Assembly (NCBI RefSeq): GCF_041956535.1
Contig: NW_027192200.1
Span: 515,477-579,476, forward strand
DNA length: 64,000 bases
From: Calcarisporiella thermophila CBS 279.70
Lineage: Eukaryota > Fungi > Calcarisporiellomycota
Direction of reading: 5' to 3'
Made by a program: the position numbers and the translations under genes. Below the pieces are notes generated by a model. The model saw only the letters and a program-made list of their open reading frames with translations, made no database searches and was not told the origin of the DNA. This document shows, in pieces, positions 24,155 to 36,833 of this stretch; within the stretch, counting starts at the first letter, position 1; each line of letters begins with the position of its first letter.

Positions 24155-27114
24155 GGCCTCGAGCTTATCGCATTTAGCGTGTGCAGTTAAGAGAACGAGG
24201 CAGGTTGGATTTCATATGAAGAGTGTGACTTTCACCCTCCAGAAAATAGACGACGATCCCGAGCTTTTTTTTTTATTTATTTACACTTTCTATCACTCCC
24301 AATGCTCCCAACTTGCTGATGATATGTCTAGCTGGCTGGCCATGGTTCCCAGAAGGGGGGGGGGGGGGGCAAGGTCAGCTAGCCATCGCCGAAGGGTGGG
24401 TCTGTAGGAGACAAGGAGAGGAAAATATTTCCAGCGGTGCTTGTCCTAGGCTCTTTATCTTTCCATGTGAATAGGGGGTGCGGGAGATACCGTGAGCCTA
24501 TGCTCATGGTGGCAAACCATAGATTTTAGAGTTTATTTGGTATTTAGAGAACGGCCGCGAGAACTCGAGGGATCGTATCAGCATCAACCCAACCACATGA
24601 GCCATTTCCTAGATGTCCTCGTGGAACCACGTGCAGTCGACGACTCGAAGATCTGCGATCTCTCAAAGATAGGCCTCAGTTCCCACTTGTGCAGAAGAGG
24701 ATGCACGGGCAGAGTTGGCCCAACCGCCCCAAGTCTCCTCGGGGAGAGGAACTGAGGAAACCGCCTTACGCTTGCTGCGCCCCGGTAATCTCCATGTGGA
24801 CTAGAGAGGTCATACGAGATAGTCCTCTCATCCTTAAAGGCCCCTCCCCTTCCCAGCTCTGACTGCCAAATAATTTTGAAACAGTGAAGCCCAAGGGTAA
24901 AAGACAATGGGCTAGTGGCTAAATTGAAGCGCAAAAAAAAGATCCCCCACTAGCGCTCCTATCAACCTGTATCGGTTACTTCTAGAAGCCCAAAATAAAA
25001 TTTATGGCCTCATCGGTGTCGAATTTTCCACGGCTAAAGTCAAAGCATGGAAGAAATTTTAAGGGGAGGGAAGGATTGCAAAATCCCCCAGAGGAGTTCA
25101 TAAACTCTTAGGCCCGCGTCCAGACGAGTGTGCGGCCCAACCACCCACTGCCATGGAGGAGGAGGGGGGTAAGAGAGGGCCAGTTTCCTATGAGCTTTCC
25201 AAAGCATCGTTCATTAGTAGATCTCGACTCCTGTCCGAGTTTCCCATCCACAAGTTCCTAGGAATGCAAGAATCTAAGCGAAATGCGTTCGATTAGGAAA
25301 TTTGAAATTCAGGGCCTGTGTCGACAGGCGTACCCGAGGGGGGGCCGCAGCACGGCGGGAGGGGGAGAGCAGACCAAGGCAGGGAGGCTGGGGAACGGGC
25401 CAGAGCCTGGGGGGGGGGGGGAGGGCCAGCCGAGGCTCTTTCTCTCGGAGTCAGCTCCGTGCAGCAAGGTTAGGGCCTGCGGCCGTTGTGCGAGGCATGG
25501 CCCGGGGGGGGGGGGGCGACCAGATCCGGCGAGGGCTAAACCCGCAGGGCAAACCGCGGCCGAGAGGGTCGACGGGCCCGAGCTAAATTAGAAAAAAGAG
25601 CCGAGTGTGCCATCCGGGCAAAACAGAGTTGCGCTCGACCCGGTGCGATGTCGTGCTCTGTTGAACGGGCCCGTAACGGCAGCGACGTGGGATGCGGTCA
25701 GGGCGGGCGCCTGAGCCAAAGACCCGCGCACAAGACATTTCTCCACTTGAACCTTGGGATGGGATCCCGTATATGGCCAAAGACCAAGGACGCTCGCGCC
25801 GACTGACGAGCGTGTCTCTGTGTAAAGCGCTAAAGCCAGGCCACAAGGTTTAATAATTGCTAACGTGCCGACGTGGTCGCCTGTGCGCGCTGGGCCGCGG
25901 GCACAGAGCGTACGGGCTGCAAAAAATTGGCCGCTTATGGAAGGGGGCGGGCTGCGGCTCGGTGCTTCTCCGCCAAGGTTGGCTCCCAAGGATTCATGCC
26001 CCCCGTTTATCGATTATGGATTATGGTTTGCGCGCGTCGCATGCTCCTGTGCCGGGCATGACATGGGGCGCCAGAGTTTACAGGTTGTCACGGCGCAACG
26101 TGCGCTCCCCTTCCGCTGCCTCGTGGCAGGCCGCGTGGCCAACCCGCCGTGGCTCGAGCCCAGCCTCGGCCCCGGACGACGCATGCTCGGTCACTCGGCA
26201 CCCCGTCCCCCATGCCGATGACGTAGCCCGAGCATCCAGCAGATTAGATATCGTCGGATCTACCTGCGCCCATATTTGGCCCTTGTACCATTTTCCCTTC
26301 GGAATCGCCAGCTGAATATTTCGAGTGATCGAAGCGTTTCATGCAACGTCAGGCCCGCAGCGTGTCACAGCTCCCTCCTGCGCCGCCCGCCCCCCCCCCC
26401 CCGCCCCGCCTTGCCCCGTCCCTCGGGGGCCAATCTGCGGCCCGCTCGACTGACGGGCATGGCGGATGCCTGCTAACCAAAGGAAAAGCGGGTCCTTCCT
26501 CTTTCTCGGCCACACCCTACCTCCCCGCATAACAAAGCGGGCTTGCTGCAAGATGCCCAGGGAGGCCTTGCCATCTGACCCTGCGGGGCGGGCCCAAGCG
26601 TTTGGGGAGGAGGGAGGGCGGCGGCCGGGTGGGGCGCCTCTCTCCCCCCTCCGCGTCATGCAAGCAGAGATCAAAAGATTTGTCTGTGTTTGTGGCTTGT
26701 GTGCTGGGTTGGGGGCATGGGGTCTTGCCATGCGCAGAGCCGGTGTCAATCTCAGCCCAAAGAGGAGAGTTCGGGCGGGTCAGTCATCCTAGTGGGAGGG
26801 AATGTGCGCTAAAAACAGGCGAGGTGCTGGAGAGTAGGTTCGGGAGACACAAACACTGAGCAACGCACTGACATTAGACGAAAGCTTTTTTTTTGGGTGT
26901 CCTCTGTGCACGGCCGGCCCATTTCTAACTATACTATGTGCGACCGGCAGTGGTGCAGAGAGACGATTCCAGGGAATCGTCAGAAAAGTAAAATGGCGAG
27001 TCCAAGGTGGAGAGGAGGCGGAGCATCGATGACGATTCATGGCCTCCGAGCTTATTCCTCTAATCTAAGCGAATACTACTAAACTAATAAAAAAATAGGT
27101 GCTTTTCACCGAGC

Positions 27115-27126
27115 AGTCACGTGACT
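27115..27126. promoter_or_regulatory. Extended palindromic E-box AGTCACGTGACT (Cbf1/USF/CLEAR-type bHLH-ZIP site)
   Basis: Perfect 12-bp palindrome about 340 bp upstream of ATG 27468. Confidence 0.5.
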
Positions 27127-27467
27127 TGCTCGCTCGTATTATGACTGTTTTACGTGAGATAGCTACATTTTCTTTGATTTTTTTTTTTTGCATTACAGCG
27201 GAGTCCTCTAAATTTTTTTTCCCTCTCCCATCACCTGGCTAATTTTTTTATAAAAGGGCAGGGCAAGCCGGAAAGGTGAGCAGAGTTTTTTTTTTGGGGA
27301 GAGAAGAGCCGTTACTCTTTTGTGCCGTTTTTGCTCTCGTTCCTCTCCTTGAAGCTCCTCTTCCTGCCCTCTTTCCCTCCCGCTTTCTCCCCATTTTGTA
27401 GAGCCCACTCTTTGGTTTTTTTTTTTTGCAAGAGGCTGGGCCGTAAGCTTACCACCGTTCTCCCACC

Positions 27468-27956
27468 ATGTTCCGCAAGAAGAAGAAGGACCAGAAGCAG
27501 CAGCCCCAGTCCTCACAGTACTACCAGCAGCAGCAACAGCCGCAGCAGCTGCAGCAGACTCAGCCGGCCCAGGGCTACAGCCAAGTTCCCGGCTGGCAAC
27601 CGCTCCGCGTCGACGGCCGATACGTCGGGTTTGCCTATTTCGACGGGCCCAGCGAGACCCGCTACCTCTCCGGCGTGGCAAACCCCTCGGGAACATACCC
27701 CTCTGCCTTCGATGAGTTGCGCGCGCGCCAGACTCAGACCTTCTACTCTGAGCCCTATGCAGCAACAAGCCCCGATGGGCGCACATTCTACTACTGTCTG
27801 AATTGCAATGCAGGTAATGTCGAATTCGGATGGGAGAGAGGGGGGGGGACCGGATGGGATGATGCTCATGGTTTCTCTTTGCTTTGTTGCTTCATAGGCT
27901 GGGAAAGCGAGGCGTACACGCGGCATCACATTCAGGAGGCCCATTCGCAGCTTTGA
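27468..27956 (+). CDS. Small Gln-rich protein with a single C-terminal C2H2 zinc finger
   Basis: Removing intron 27814-27897 (GTAATG...CATAG) creates YYCLNCNAGWESEAYTRHHIQEAH (C-x2-C-x12-H-x4-H); N-terminal RKKKK and poly-Q. Confidence 0.75.
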   Translation: MFRKKKKDQKQQPQSSQYYQQQQQPQQLQQTQPAQGYSQVPGWQPLRVDGRYVGFAYFDGPSETRYLSGVANPSGTYPSAFDELRARQTQTFYSEPYAATSPDGRTFYYCLNCNAGNVEFGWERGGGTGWDDAHGFSLLCCFIGWESEAYTRHHIQEAHSQL

Positions 27957-30900
27957 GTCCCAAACAAAAAAAAATCCAAACCTAGGCCTGAGGCGCGTCT
28001 CTTTCTCTCGCCCATTTTTGTTGTGTATTCTTCCCTCCTCCCGCTCGAGGTTTCCAACTCCGCAACGCCGGATTTCGTTTATCCTCCTCCCTCGACCTCT
28101 TTGCATTCTCCTCTACCCCCTCTATCCCCCAGCAATATATATTAGCATGTCTTTTAGCATTCTATCTCTCTTGAGCCGCGGTTATAATTGTCATCTAGGG
28201 TTGTGGTTGCCGATGTTGTATCTTATGTGCTTTTTTATTTCCTTGTATTCTATTTATTTCCTCTCTATTATCTAACACCGCTGTGGGAATATACAACGGC
28301 CGCCGCCCCCCTCCTCTCCCTCTTTCACAAGTGGGGAGGAGGGGGGAGGCAGGACCTTTGTGCGAGGTGAAGCCTATTGTGTATTTTGTTTCCATGCTGC
28401 CCGCACTGTCTCGCATCCTATGGATCTCCTTGTCCTCCTGGGCCAAACTTTCTATCCGCCCACCCGGGATGAGTAATGACCCAAGCGACCAAGCCCAGGT
28501 AGCAAGGTTCAGCGGCTATGGCCAAGACCTTGAAAACCTTTCTACACATACCGTCCGAAAACCCTGTCCCCTTACCTATCCCTTCCCCCCTCCCCCCACA
28601 GCAAGAAAACATATCCACCGCATCCGATGCAAACGGGGTGGATCCGTCCACTTTCTCTTCAAATCGGGTCTTGCCCTCCCCGCTTTCCCCGAGGAGGAGG
28701 GAGGGGGGGAGGAGCTTCGACCTGAATGCCGCCTGCTCAAAGAGGGGGCAGTCAAATCCTGACTCCTTGTGAACCGCGTGACTCTAGTGTAGGCTTTAAG
28801 CGTATTTACCCCATATGGTTCCGAACCTCGTCAACGGTCACAAGCAAACACTTCAGTTAGGCTTGTCCGGCCTCATCCCTCATCTCTCCCCTACCCCCCC
28901 TCTCCCCGCTCCCTCCTTCCACGCGTGAGAAATTCATCATGCATTTGTTTGGTATTTTGTGCCTAACCGACTTGAGCCTATCGTGCTCACAGCAGTTGGC
29001 ATAGGGAACACAGATACACCCGACTCGAAACGTGGTTACTCTACATGGATGAAGTAGACGGGATAGTTTCCGGGGAGAGTGTGAAGGGGGGGCAAGCCGC
29101 TAGTGCTCTAAAGTTTTGTGGAGGTTTACATTAAATTTGAATTTCGGCTAGTGACTAAAGCGTCCCAGAGCTAAGACTAAGACTTGGGACCAAGCAGAGA
29201 GACTCTATCCGGTTGGCTCCACCTAATTTTCCTCCGATATCTAGCGTGGAGAGGGGGCGGGGAGGAAGGAGGAGAGAACCTGTACAAAGATAAGCTAGAA
29301 TCAGACGCGTGGCCTCTCACCATGAAAGCGCCGCAATGTTTCCGCAAAGGTGACCAGTTATGAGCAGTAGGCCGCAGGGATTCCTACAAGAGAACTATAA
29401 CATTGGGCAAATGGGGAAAAGAAAACAGAAGATGCAATGGCTTGGCATGGGAAACCTCGAGAAGTCATCCGCAAGGATTCCCAACACATCTATCAACCTG
29501 TCGTGGTCCCCTTCTTCCCCTCTCCTCCCAAGCATTCAAAGGCTCTCGGATATGACTGCTATTTTTGGCCTTTCAACTCTATCAACGCTAACTCTCTGGC
29601 AAGAGTTTGAGCTTCTTCCCTCTCCTCCCCAACGTCAGATGGGTGCTCTTAGGAATTTAAAACTCTATGACACCAGAATTCAACTCTAGTTAGATAATGG
29701 CGGGCATTCCTAGCCAATCACTCTAATGGGTAACGCTTTGAAATCGAGCTTGTTTTATGGTTTCCGAGGAATGGCAGAGTAAGGAGGGGGGGGGGAGGAT
29801 AAGAAGAAAGACAGATCCATTGTCTCTACTCCGCCCATTCTCTTGGCTCCAAGTGGAAGTGTATAGGTTTGGTTAGCATGTGGGTTGATACCGCTATGTT
29901 CCTGGATTATGGGGATTTCGAATTAGTCTCACAGATCCTCGCAATTCTCAAGATGATAGATAATCTATGGAGATGGCGCGGTAAACGCTCCACTCGCTAT
30001 TTCTCCCTCTCTGAAGTCATCAAGTTCCGTCGGATACAAGCCAATCATTCTCGCTCTAGCCCTTCGTCTCTCCAACACTCTAAGTGTTGATCCTAAACCG
30101 ATGAATCAAAACACCAGTACAATGGATTGAAGACGAGGGTCGATGGAACGGACGCTAAGGGAGCAGAATGCTTAAGCGGGTGATCACCGTTGAGAGAAAG
30201 ACTCCAACCCGCCTTTCTTATTCGTGATGCTTGCACTAGCTTCATATGAATTCAGACTTATCGGCGAGATAGCGGTATGCAATTCTCTGTTTCAATGATA
30301 TTTTCCGTCATGCATCTAGAGAATGAGTGAAAATCCGAGTAACCCCGCCCATGATGAATGGATAACTTGGCATCCCATTGTATCTCCAGCATGATGTAAA
30401 GTTGTTGATTTAAATGGAAAAAGGAACTACTTAAAAAGGCACCTCCCTTTTCTTTGTATGTTCTTGGAGGCTTCACGATTAATACAGGCTATCCATGCGA
30501 GTGCGTGTAGGATAGGTTGCAGGCGAAAACAAGACAAGATATCCGATTGAATAAACTTCATCCTCTTATTATTCCTGCCCCATTTTTGGTAACCCGGTTG
30601 CCACGATATTGTTTCTTCATCTGATCCTCCTTTCCATTCAGCAGCTAGTTTATTTTTCTGAATGGTAACCAACGCAGATAGTGATCATATCGATCGCTGA
30701 CACGACTTCAAGTAAACGAGCTTTTTTTATAACGATTGCGTGGATGCAGCCGAGAGTAGAAAGCTTCGACAGACAAAGCCGTCAGAATGTCGTCAGCCGA
30801 GCCGTCCGCCCGCAATATAACCTAATATTCCGTCCCCTCTCCATGCTTCCCCCGAGAAATGCAAGCCAACCACGGGGAAAGCCACTCGAAATGCGCCTCC

Positions 30901-31198
30901 ATCCCGACCTGCTTCAGATCGGTGCGGCTGGGTTCCCCCTGGTTCGGGCCTGTTTTCTGTGTGAAGAGAGGAGTCTGATGGGAGAGTTTTTATGTAATGC
31001 ATTGCTGACGCTCATCCGCCCCCCAAAAGAAGCCGTTTGCAGAAAAAGATGCTTAGCCACAAACTCTATTATTTTTGTCCCATTGCCACCCTTAGCTCTT
31101 TGTCTCTCAAGCTCCTCTCTCCGAGCTTAGGTCGGCTCCTCCACCCCCTCCCCCCCCCCCGCACTTACGACAAGGAGCCCCTCTGCCTCTGACAAAGC

Positions 31199-31807
31199 AT
31201 GAAGGGATCTTTGTGGTTGTTGCTGCTACACCTGCTCTGTCTAATTGCGCTGGTCACCGCTCATGAAAGGAGACAGGTTGATCGTGACCCCAAGCAAACC
31301 TCGGACACAGACAAGCCCACCAAGGATCCCGACCAGAATCCTCCGCCCGCACAGCAGAAGCCCACCATCACAATCACCCTGACACGCTCCGTCACGTCCA
31401 CCATAGACCCCAATACCGCCGCCCCGCCACCCCCTCCTCCCGTCCGCTCCACCATCACCTCCACGGTGATCGTCACTCCATCCACTAGCACCACGGTGGT
31501 CGTGGTCTCGTCGCCCTCTAGAGCGGTGCCATCCGTCGATAGCCCTCCTATTGCCACGGTCACCTCTCCATCATGGACGGATCCTGAGGAGTCGAATCAG
31601 AAAAATACCATCATCATTGCGGTTTCGTCGGTGGGTGGGGTGCTGGTGCTGGGAGCAGGCATTTTTATCCTTACTCGCGCTGTGCGACAGAGGAAGAGGC
31701 GCGGGGGATGGGACGATGAGGAGACGACCACCGTAAGCGTGAATCCGTCCAAGGTGGTGCCTGATCCATTCCGTAACACGTTGGATATTTATCATCGGTC
31801 GTATTGA
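31199..31807 (+). CDS. Type I single-pass membrane protein with Ser/Thr/Pro-rich ectodomain (Mid2-like cell-surface protein)
   Basis: Signal peptide, T/S/P-rich stalk, transmembrane IIIAVSSVGGVLVLGAGIFIL, basic stop-transfer RQRKRR, tail PFRNTLDIYH. Confidence 0.85.
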   Translation: MKGSLWLLLLHLLCLIALVTAHERRQVDRDPKQTSDTDKPTKDPDQNPPPAQQKPTITITLTRSVTSTIDPNTAAPPPPPPVRSTITSTVIVTPSTSTTVVVVSSPSRAVPSVDSPPIATVTSPSWTDPEESNQKNTIIIAVSSVGGVLVLGAGIFILTRAVRQRKRRGGWDDEETTTVSVNPSKVVPDPFRNTLDIYHRSY

Positions 31808-32409
31808 TGTGGGCCGATGTGCACCGGAGCCTCCGGCAACCATGGACCCCGTCGCTCCTCCCCCATCTCCTCCCATCATACTCGCCTAACCTGGCGCGCC
31901 CTATATACCTCTCGCAAGTGCAGATGATCTTTTTCTTGATGCCCTTGGCAATTTTGTGATGGCCTTGTTTAGGCCCCGCCTCCTCCCTCCTAGTTGCTTA
32001 TGTATTATTGATGTCCTTTTTTCTCTGTGAATTATTTATGGTTAGGCTACTGTCCCCCATCTTATCTCCATTTGTATACTAAGTACATTTACAGCGCCTT
32101 GCTTCGGTTGAAACCCCTTCCTTATATCCTTTTGTGAACCTTGCTATGTATTAAAAATGCGGTTGCGATATCTCCCTTTTGTTTGTCTCTCAAGACTCTA
32201 GTATATACCTTTGATTTAGTCGAGCCTTTAACACGTCCAACAGAATAGCAATTTGAAACCGATAAGCGCGTACCTTTTTTAACTTAATTATTGCGTTAAA
32301 TATCCTGTCGCTCCCCCCTCTCCCCCCCCTACACCTAATCTAGAGAGAGCTCATTCTTCCTCGACAATTTAGAGACACGAAGGCTTTGCGTGAACTACCA
32401 TCTAGCTAG

Positions 32410-32774
32410 ATGCCAAGCGTACTGGTTGACTCCTGCGAGTATAATGGGTCTCTTACTAAAAATCCGTGGCGAACCGATGAGGATGCATTACAGATTGTAA
32501 ATTCCACCCCCGATGAGGATTCGCAGGAGAATGCTCGCCCTGCCGCAGAAGAGATTATTGAGAGATTAAGGCTGGAGATGAAGGATGCACGACGTGAGAT
32601 GAAGGCCATTAGACAGCAGCTAGCAGTGTGAGTTTTTTTTTCAATTTGTCGCTTAAATGCCCAAATTATATATGACCATGTTTATTCTCTCCTGTACTAA
32701 CCTTTTTTTTTACCTTTAGTTCGGAAGAGTTAAATCAAGAGCTTTTATCTCAACTGGGCTTAGGATTAATGTAA
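32410..32774 (+). CDS. Small coiled-coil hypothetical protein (5' end uncertain)
   Basis: EEIIERLRLEMKDARREMKAIRQQLAV, then intron 32628-32719 (GTGAGT...TACTAAC...TTTAG), then SEELNQELLSQLGLGLM*. Confidence 0.5.
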
Positions 32775-32993
32775 TATAAAGATAATCCAACTTCTACCTT
32801 TATAGCATTTTCATATTCATTTTGCTCTTTCTCTCTCTCACCCACACCCTTTTATAGTCAAACACCGCCTGCCACCCCAGAGGGTCAGCCGACAGAGTGC
32901 GACTCTTTCCCCCCCACTTCCGAAGAAGGGACGCAAACGCCCCCACCTACACCAAAATCGTCCCTCTCTCCCTCCAATTTAAGAACGCTTGCC

Positions 32994-33494
32994 ATGTTTC
33001 TTTTCCGAGCGACCAAGCACGTCTTTCGCAATCCACGACGACTCCAAAGCTTCTTCACCACGTTGATTACTCATCGCAGCAAAATCCTTTGGCTCGCTTA
33101 CATGAACGTCTCGTCTCTGCCCGCCTTAGTGCTGGCTGGATTCACAAGCGCATTCCAGAGCATAGGCCTGAAAAGGCTAATATCGCTCGGGACCCTACTC
33201 TCCCTACTCGGTGCCCTCCGCAGCCGAAATGCCCTTGCCCACGGGTCGGGGGGCAGTGCAGGCGTCGTGGGCTTTGCCCATGACGCCCTAAAATCGGTTG
33301 TCGCAGGTCAGCGCTTTTTCAGCATCATCGCCGAAACCCTCATGCAGTACTACCTCATTGTTGCGCATGTGGCGCCCGTGGCCCGGGAGGGCTCGCTAGC
33401 GCTAAGCGTTTGGCATCGGGTGATGTTTCTGAGGGAATTGGCCAGGGCTTTGGCGACGAACATCGTAACATTGGCGGGATACCGCCTTGTGTAG
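32994..33494 (+). CDS. Hypothetical hydrophobic protein with Arg-rich, acid-free N-terminus (possible mitochondrial presequence)
   Basis: 166-aa ATG ORF preceded by CT-rich leader and followed by AT-richer 3' sequence; no recognisable domain. Confidence 0.55.
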   Translation: MFLFRATKHVFRNPRRLQSFFTTLITHRSKILWLAYMNVSSLPALVLAGFTSAFQSIGLKRLISLGTLLSLLGALRSRNALAHGSGGSAGVVGFAHDALKSVVAGQRFFSIIAETLMQYYLIVAHVAPVAREGSLALSVWHRVMFLRELARALATNIVTLAGYRLV

Positions 33495-33844
33495 TTTGCT
33501 TATTCTCTACTCATCCAGAATGTGTGCTTTTATGTTTAATACAAAATGTTCATGTATTCCTTTTGCTAAAACCAAATACACCAGCCATGCCCGGTGAAGG
33601 GGCCAGAGTGGAGGGGGAGGGAAACCAACTTGACAGGAGAGCGGGTTGAACCCGGAGAAAATGCTCTATTGGAAATGATAAAATAAATATGCGGAACATA
33701 TTGAACAACAGAAGGATCACGTTGCAGCATAGGAAACCAAGGATTGAACCTTTAGAAGTGAAGAAAAATAATAACCATAATAGTGAAGGGAATTGAGATC
33801 AAGTCCATTGCTCTCAAAGGAGTTTGACAACCCCATCATCTGCA

Positions 33845-34108
33845 CTATCTGACCTTTTTCTCCTCCTCCTCCTTCGTCCCCTCCTTTTCCCTTCCCGTAT
33901 GGCTTGATTCTCCAGCCTCATCTTTCGCATCGGCACTACCGCTGTCGAGCATTTTCTTTGCCATTTCTTCTTGCTTTCTGCTCCCTCGCTCCTCGAGCTT
34001 CACTATATACGGCCGAATCAATAGCCACACCACAAGTATGGCGATGGAGATGAGAACGTCCTTGGACGCAAATGTGACAATGTAATTTCCAATAGGGAGC
34101 GAATACAT
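33845..34108 (-). CDS. PGA2: Pga2-like (DUF1531) small ER membrane trafficking protein
   Basis: Single transmembrane segment ending ILVVWLLIRPYIVKL (cf. Pga2 ..YLLIRPY..) and a charged tail. The start may lie further upstream because the ORF is open to 34264. Confidence 0.6.
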   Translation of the reverse strand: MYSLPIGNYIVTFASKDVLISIAILVVWLLIRPYIVKLEERGSRKQEEMAKKMLDSGSADAKDEAGESSHTGREKEGTKEEEEKKVR

Positions 34109-34408
34109 CGAGTCGTTTCCGATGAATGGAGAAAGAATATTGTAAAGGAAATGGATTGTTATTTTTTTTATTGCCTGGTTACTCTCCCCTTTCTGGCATT
34201 GAATGGCCCACGTGGGGAACGATTCGTGACTATTCTCCAATCCATTTGAAGAGGAAGTAAACACCTCTTGGTCGACTTGCCACCCAAAAAAACAGAGCGG
34301 TGGAGTTGAATAGGTTTGTAACTGGTGGACATCGTTTCAACATTCAGGTTCAGCAAGCCCTTACTGGCGAAGGATCCCCTCATTCTCTATCATTTTTATC
34401 ACACCACG

Positions 34409-35190
34409 ATGCCCTCGAGCGATCCCAATTCAAGCAAACGAACGGCGGCCATCTCATTCACCGGTGGAAAGGACAGCTGTCTTGCATTCCATCTTTCCCA
34501 GCCCACCTTCCATATCACCCATCTTGTGATGTTTTGCCCCGCCAACATGAACAAATTCCTTGCCCATCCGCGTGCAATAGTGCAGCTCCAGGCCAACACA
34601 TTGAACCTGCCCCTGAAGGTGATGACGATCGAGGGTCCTGATTTCCTGGAATGCTACAGGAAACGATTGCAAGAGCTACGCGATACTGGCATCGAGGTTC
34701 TGATCACAGGTATGGTCATCGGGGCCCAGGACTCCCGGCTTGTCATGACACAAGTGGGGAGACCCTCTTTATTCCTGACGCATGCTTGTTGGCCATAGGG
34801 GATATCCTGGATGTCTGTAGCAACTTCATGCCTCGTGCCGCTTCCGGCATCCTGGAGCTCCACAGGCCGCTCTGGGACATGCCGCGTGACCGGATCCTGG
34901 ACTTGCTTCGGCTCCACTCCTTTTCAGTCATGATCACTTGTGCCAGCATCTCGAAGCTCGGGGTGGAGGACGCACTCTGGCTTGTAGGGGAACGACTCGA
35001 CTCTCCTCGGGTGCAGAGCCTCTTGGAGGGGAAGCCGGGCGTGGACCGGGCGGGGGAAATGGGCGAGTTCCACACCATGGTGTTGGACGCGCCGGCCTTC
35101 CAGCATCGGTTGGAGATCGACGGAGAGAAGAGGGTGGAGGGGGATTTTGTCTTTTTCGATTTTGACGAGGCCATGCTTGTAAAGAAGTGA
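34409..35190 (+). CDS. Dph6/MJ0570-like (DUF71) PP-loop ATP pyrophosphatase
   Basis: PP-loop SFTGGKDS, ITGDI (across intron 34710-34798), RPLW and GVDRAGEMGEFHTMVLDAP. Confidence 0.88.
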
Positions 35191-35560
35191 GCGACGGTGC
35201 GTGGGGTGAATGGGCGCCCTTATTTCATTAAACAAGGTTGGGGAGGGATGCGGGAGGGGATCCGAAAAGATCAGGATATCACTTCCCTCCTTCCCATTTT
35301 CAAAGTCAAAGCCATTTTCGGGTGCTGCTGATGAAAATAATGCCTGATCGAAACTTTTGATTGGCAACGCGTTTACGCGTAACATTTAAAACAACGTCGC
35401 GTTCTCTTGCCTTCTTTTTCACTCTTCTCTCATTCTCAAAGAATTCATCACCATTGCAACCACGCAACATCTCTTCCCTTGATCTGCATTTTAGCCCCCC
35501 TTCCCCCTCCCCTTTCAATTCCCCTTCATCCCCCCTCCCCTTTCAACACCATTGACGAGA

Positions 35561-36564
35561 ATGTCCCCCAAGGTACGGTATCCATGGCTGCATCTGGGAG
35601 CCGCTTCATCTTACGCGTTCGAACCAATCAATCCACGATCTCGCCATGCTTGTCTGGACCGAAGCCTAACGCTAACCCTGTGGTTCTCTTTTGCATTTTG
35701 CGTAGACCATCCGCAAGAAGCTGGTTGTCGTGGGAGACGGCGGCTGCGGCAAGACAAGTCTCCTCGTGGTTTACCAGAAGCAGGATTTCCCCACAGTAAC
35801 ATCCCAATGCACAAGCGCCTTTCCACTCCCCCAGGGACCGCTGGACTAATCTTCCCTGTACTTTCTGGTAGGACTACATCCCCACGGTGTTTGAGAATTA
35901 TATTCACAACCTCCAGCTTGACAATGGCAAGCAAGTGGAGCTGGCGCTGTGGGACACGGCGGGCCAGGAAGACTACGACCGATTGCGGCCCCTCTCCTAT
36001 CCAGAAAGCGATGTGATTCTGATTTGCTTTGCTGTGGACAATCACATTTCCTTCACCAATGTACTGGACAGAGTATGTAGTTGCGAGGCGCCGCGGCGCT
36101 TAGAGGGGGGGGGGGGGAGAGGAACGGGAAAGAAAAGCTTTGATTAACCCTCTGCTATTTCTCCTATTGTTATTAGTGGCATCCAGAGGTCATGCACTTT
36201 TGCGAGAACGTGCCCAAAGTGCTGGTGGGCCTGAAGGTGGACCTGCGCGACGACCCGAAGCGGCGGGAAGAGCTTGCCGCCAAGGGCCAAAGCATGATAA
36301 CGTGGGAACAAGTAAGTCGTTTGTAGCCGCAGAGCCCTGTGCTCCTCTGCCCTCCCACTTGCGCCTGACCCATGCCGCCATCTTTTTTTTTTTTTGTCTC
36401 GATCGTAGGGCGAAAGTATGGCCAAGGAGATCAAGGCTGCGCAGTATCTAGAATGCAGTGCGAAGCTGAATCTAGGGGTGTCGGAGGTGATCGAGCAGGC
36501 CGTCAAAATCACCATGAACTGGGGAATCACGAAGCTCAAGCGAAGGCTCTGCACGGTGCTGTAG
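35561..36564 (+). CDS. RHO4: Rho-family small GTPase, Rho4-like, 5 exons
   Basis: [58 protein letters not shown] and polybasic CAAX end [10 protein letters not shown]. Subfamily assigned from GDGGCGKT, moderately certain. Confidence 0.9.
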
Positions 36565-36833
36565 ATTTAGCTTTTACTTTCTTTTTTTCTGCTCCTCCGC
36601 GCGCTTCCCCCTTTTATCGTGTTGTGAATTTTTTTTTCCTCCCGTTTTATCCTGTGATATTTTAATATATGAATATTTTTTTCTCCTTTCTTCTTTTCTT
36701 AATATTTTATCGATTCTATATTTTTTTTTATTCTGTAGATGTATACTTTTTTCCCCCTCCCCCATTATTTCTGAGAAATAAACGTTTGATTGACTCTTTT
36801 ATTCCTTTATCATCTACTTTCAACAGACACACT

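Noticed and set aside
28283-31130. Short ORFs in the 28-31 kb interval as a gene or transposon remnant
   Set aside because: No recognisable protein motif, terminal repeats or target-site duplications.
32124-32241. ATATCCTTT...CCTTTAAC...AAC, resembling a U12 AT-AC intron
   Set aside because: Every splice combination I tried hit a stop within a few codons, and the branch site is imperfect. It could only be a UTR intron, which is unsupported without transcripts.
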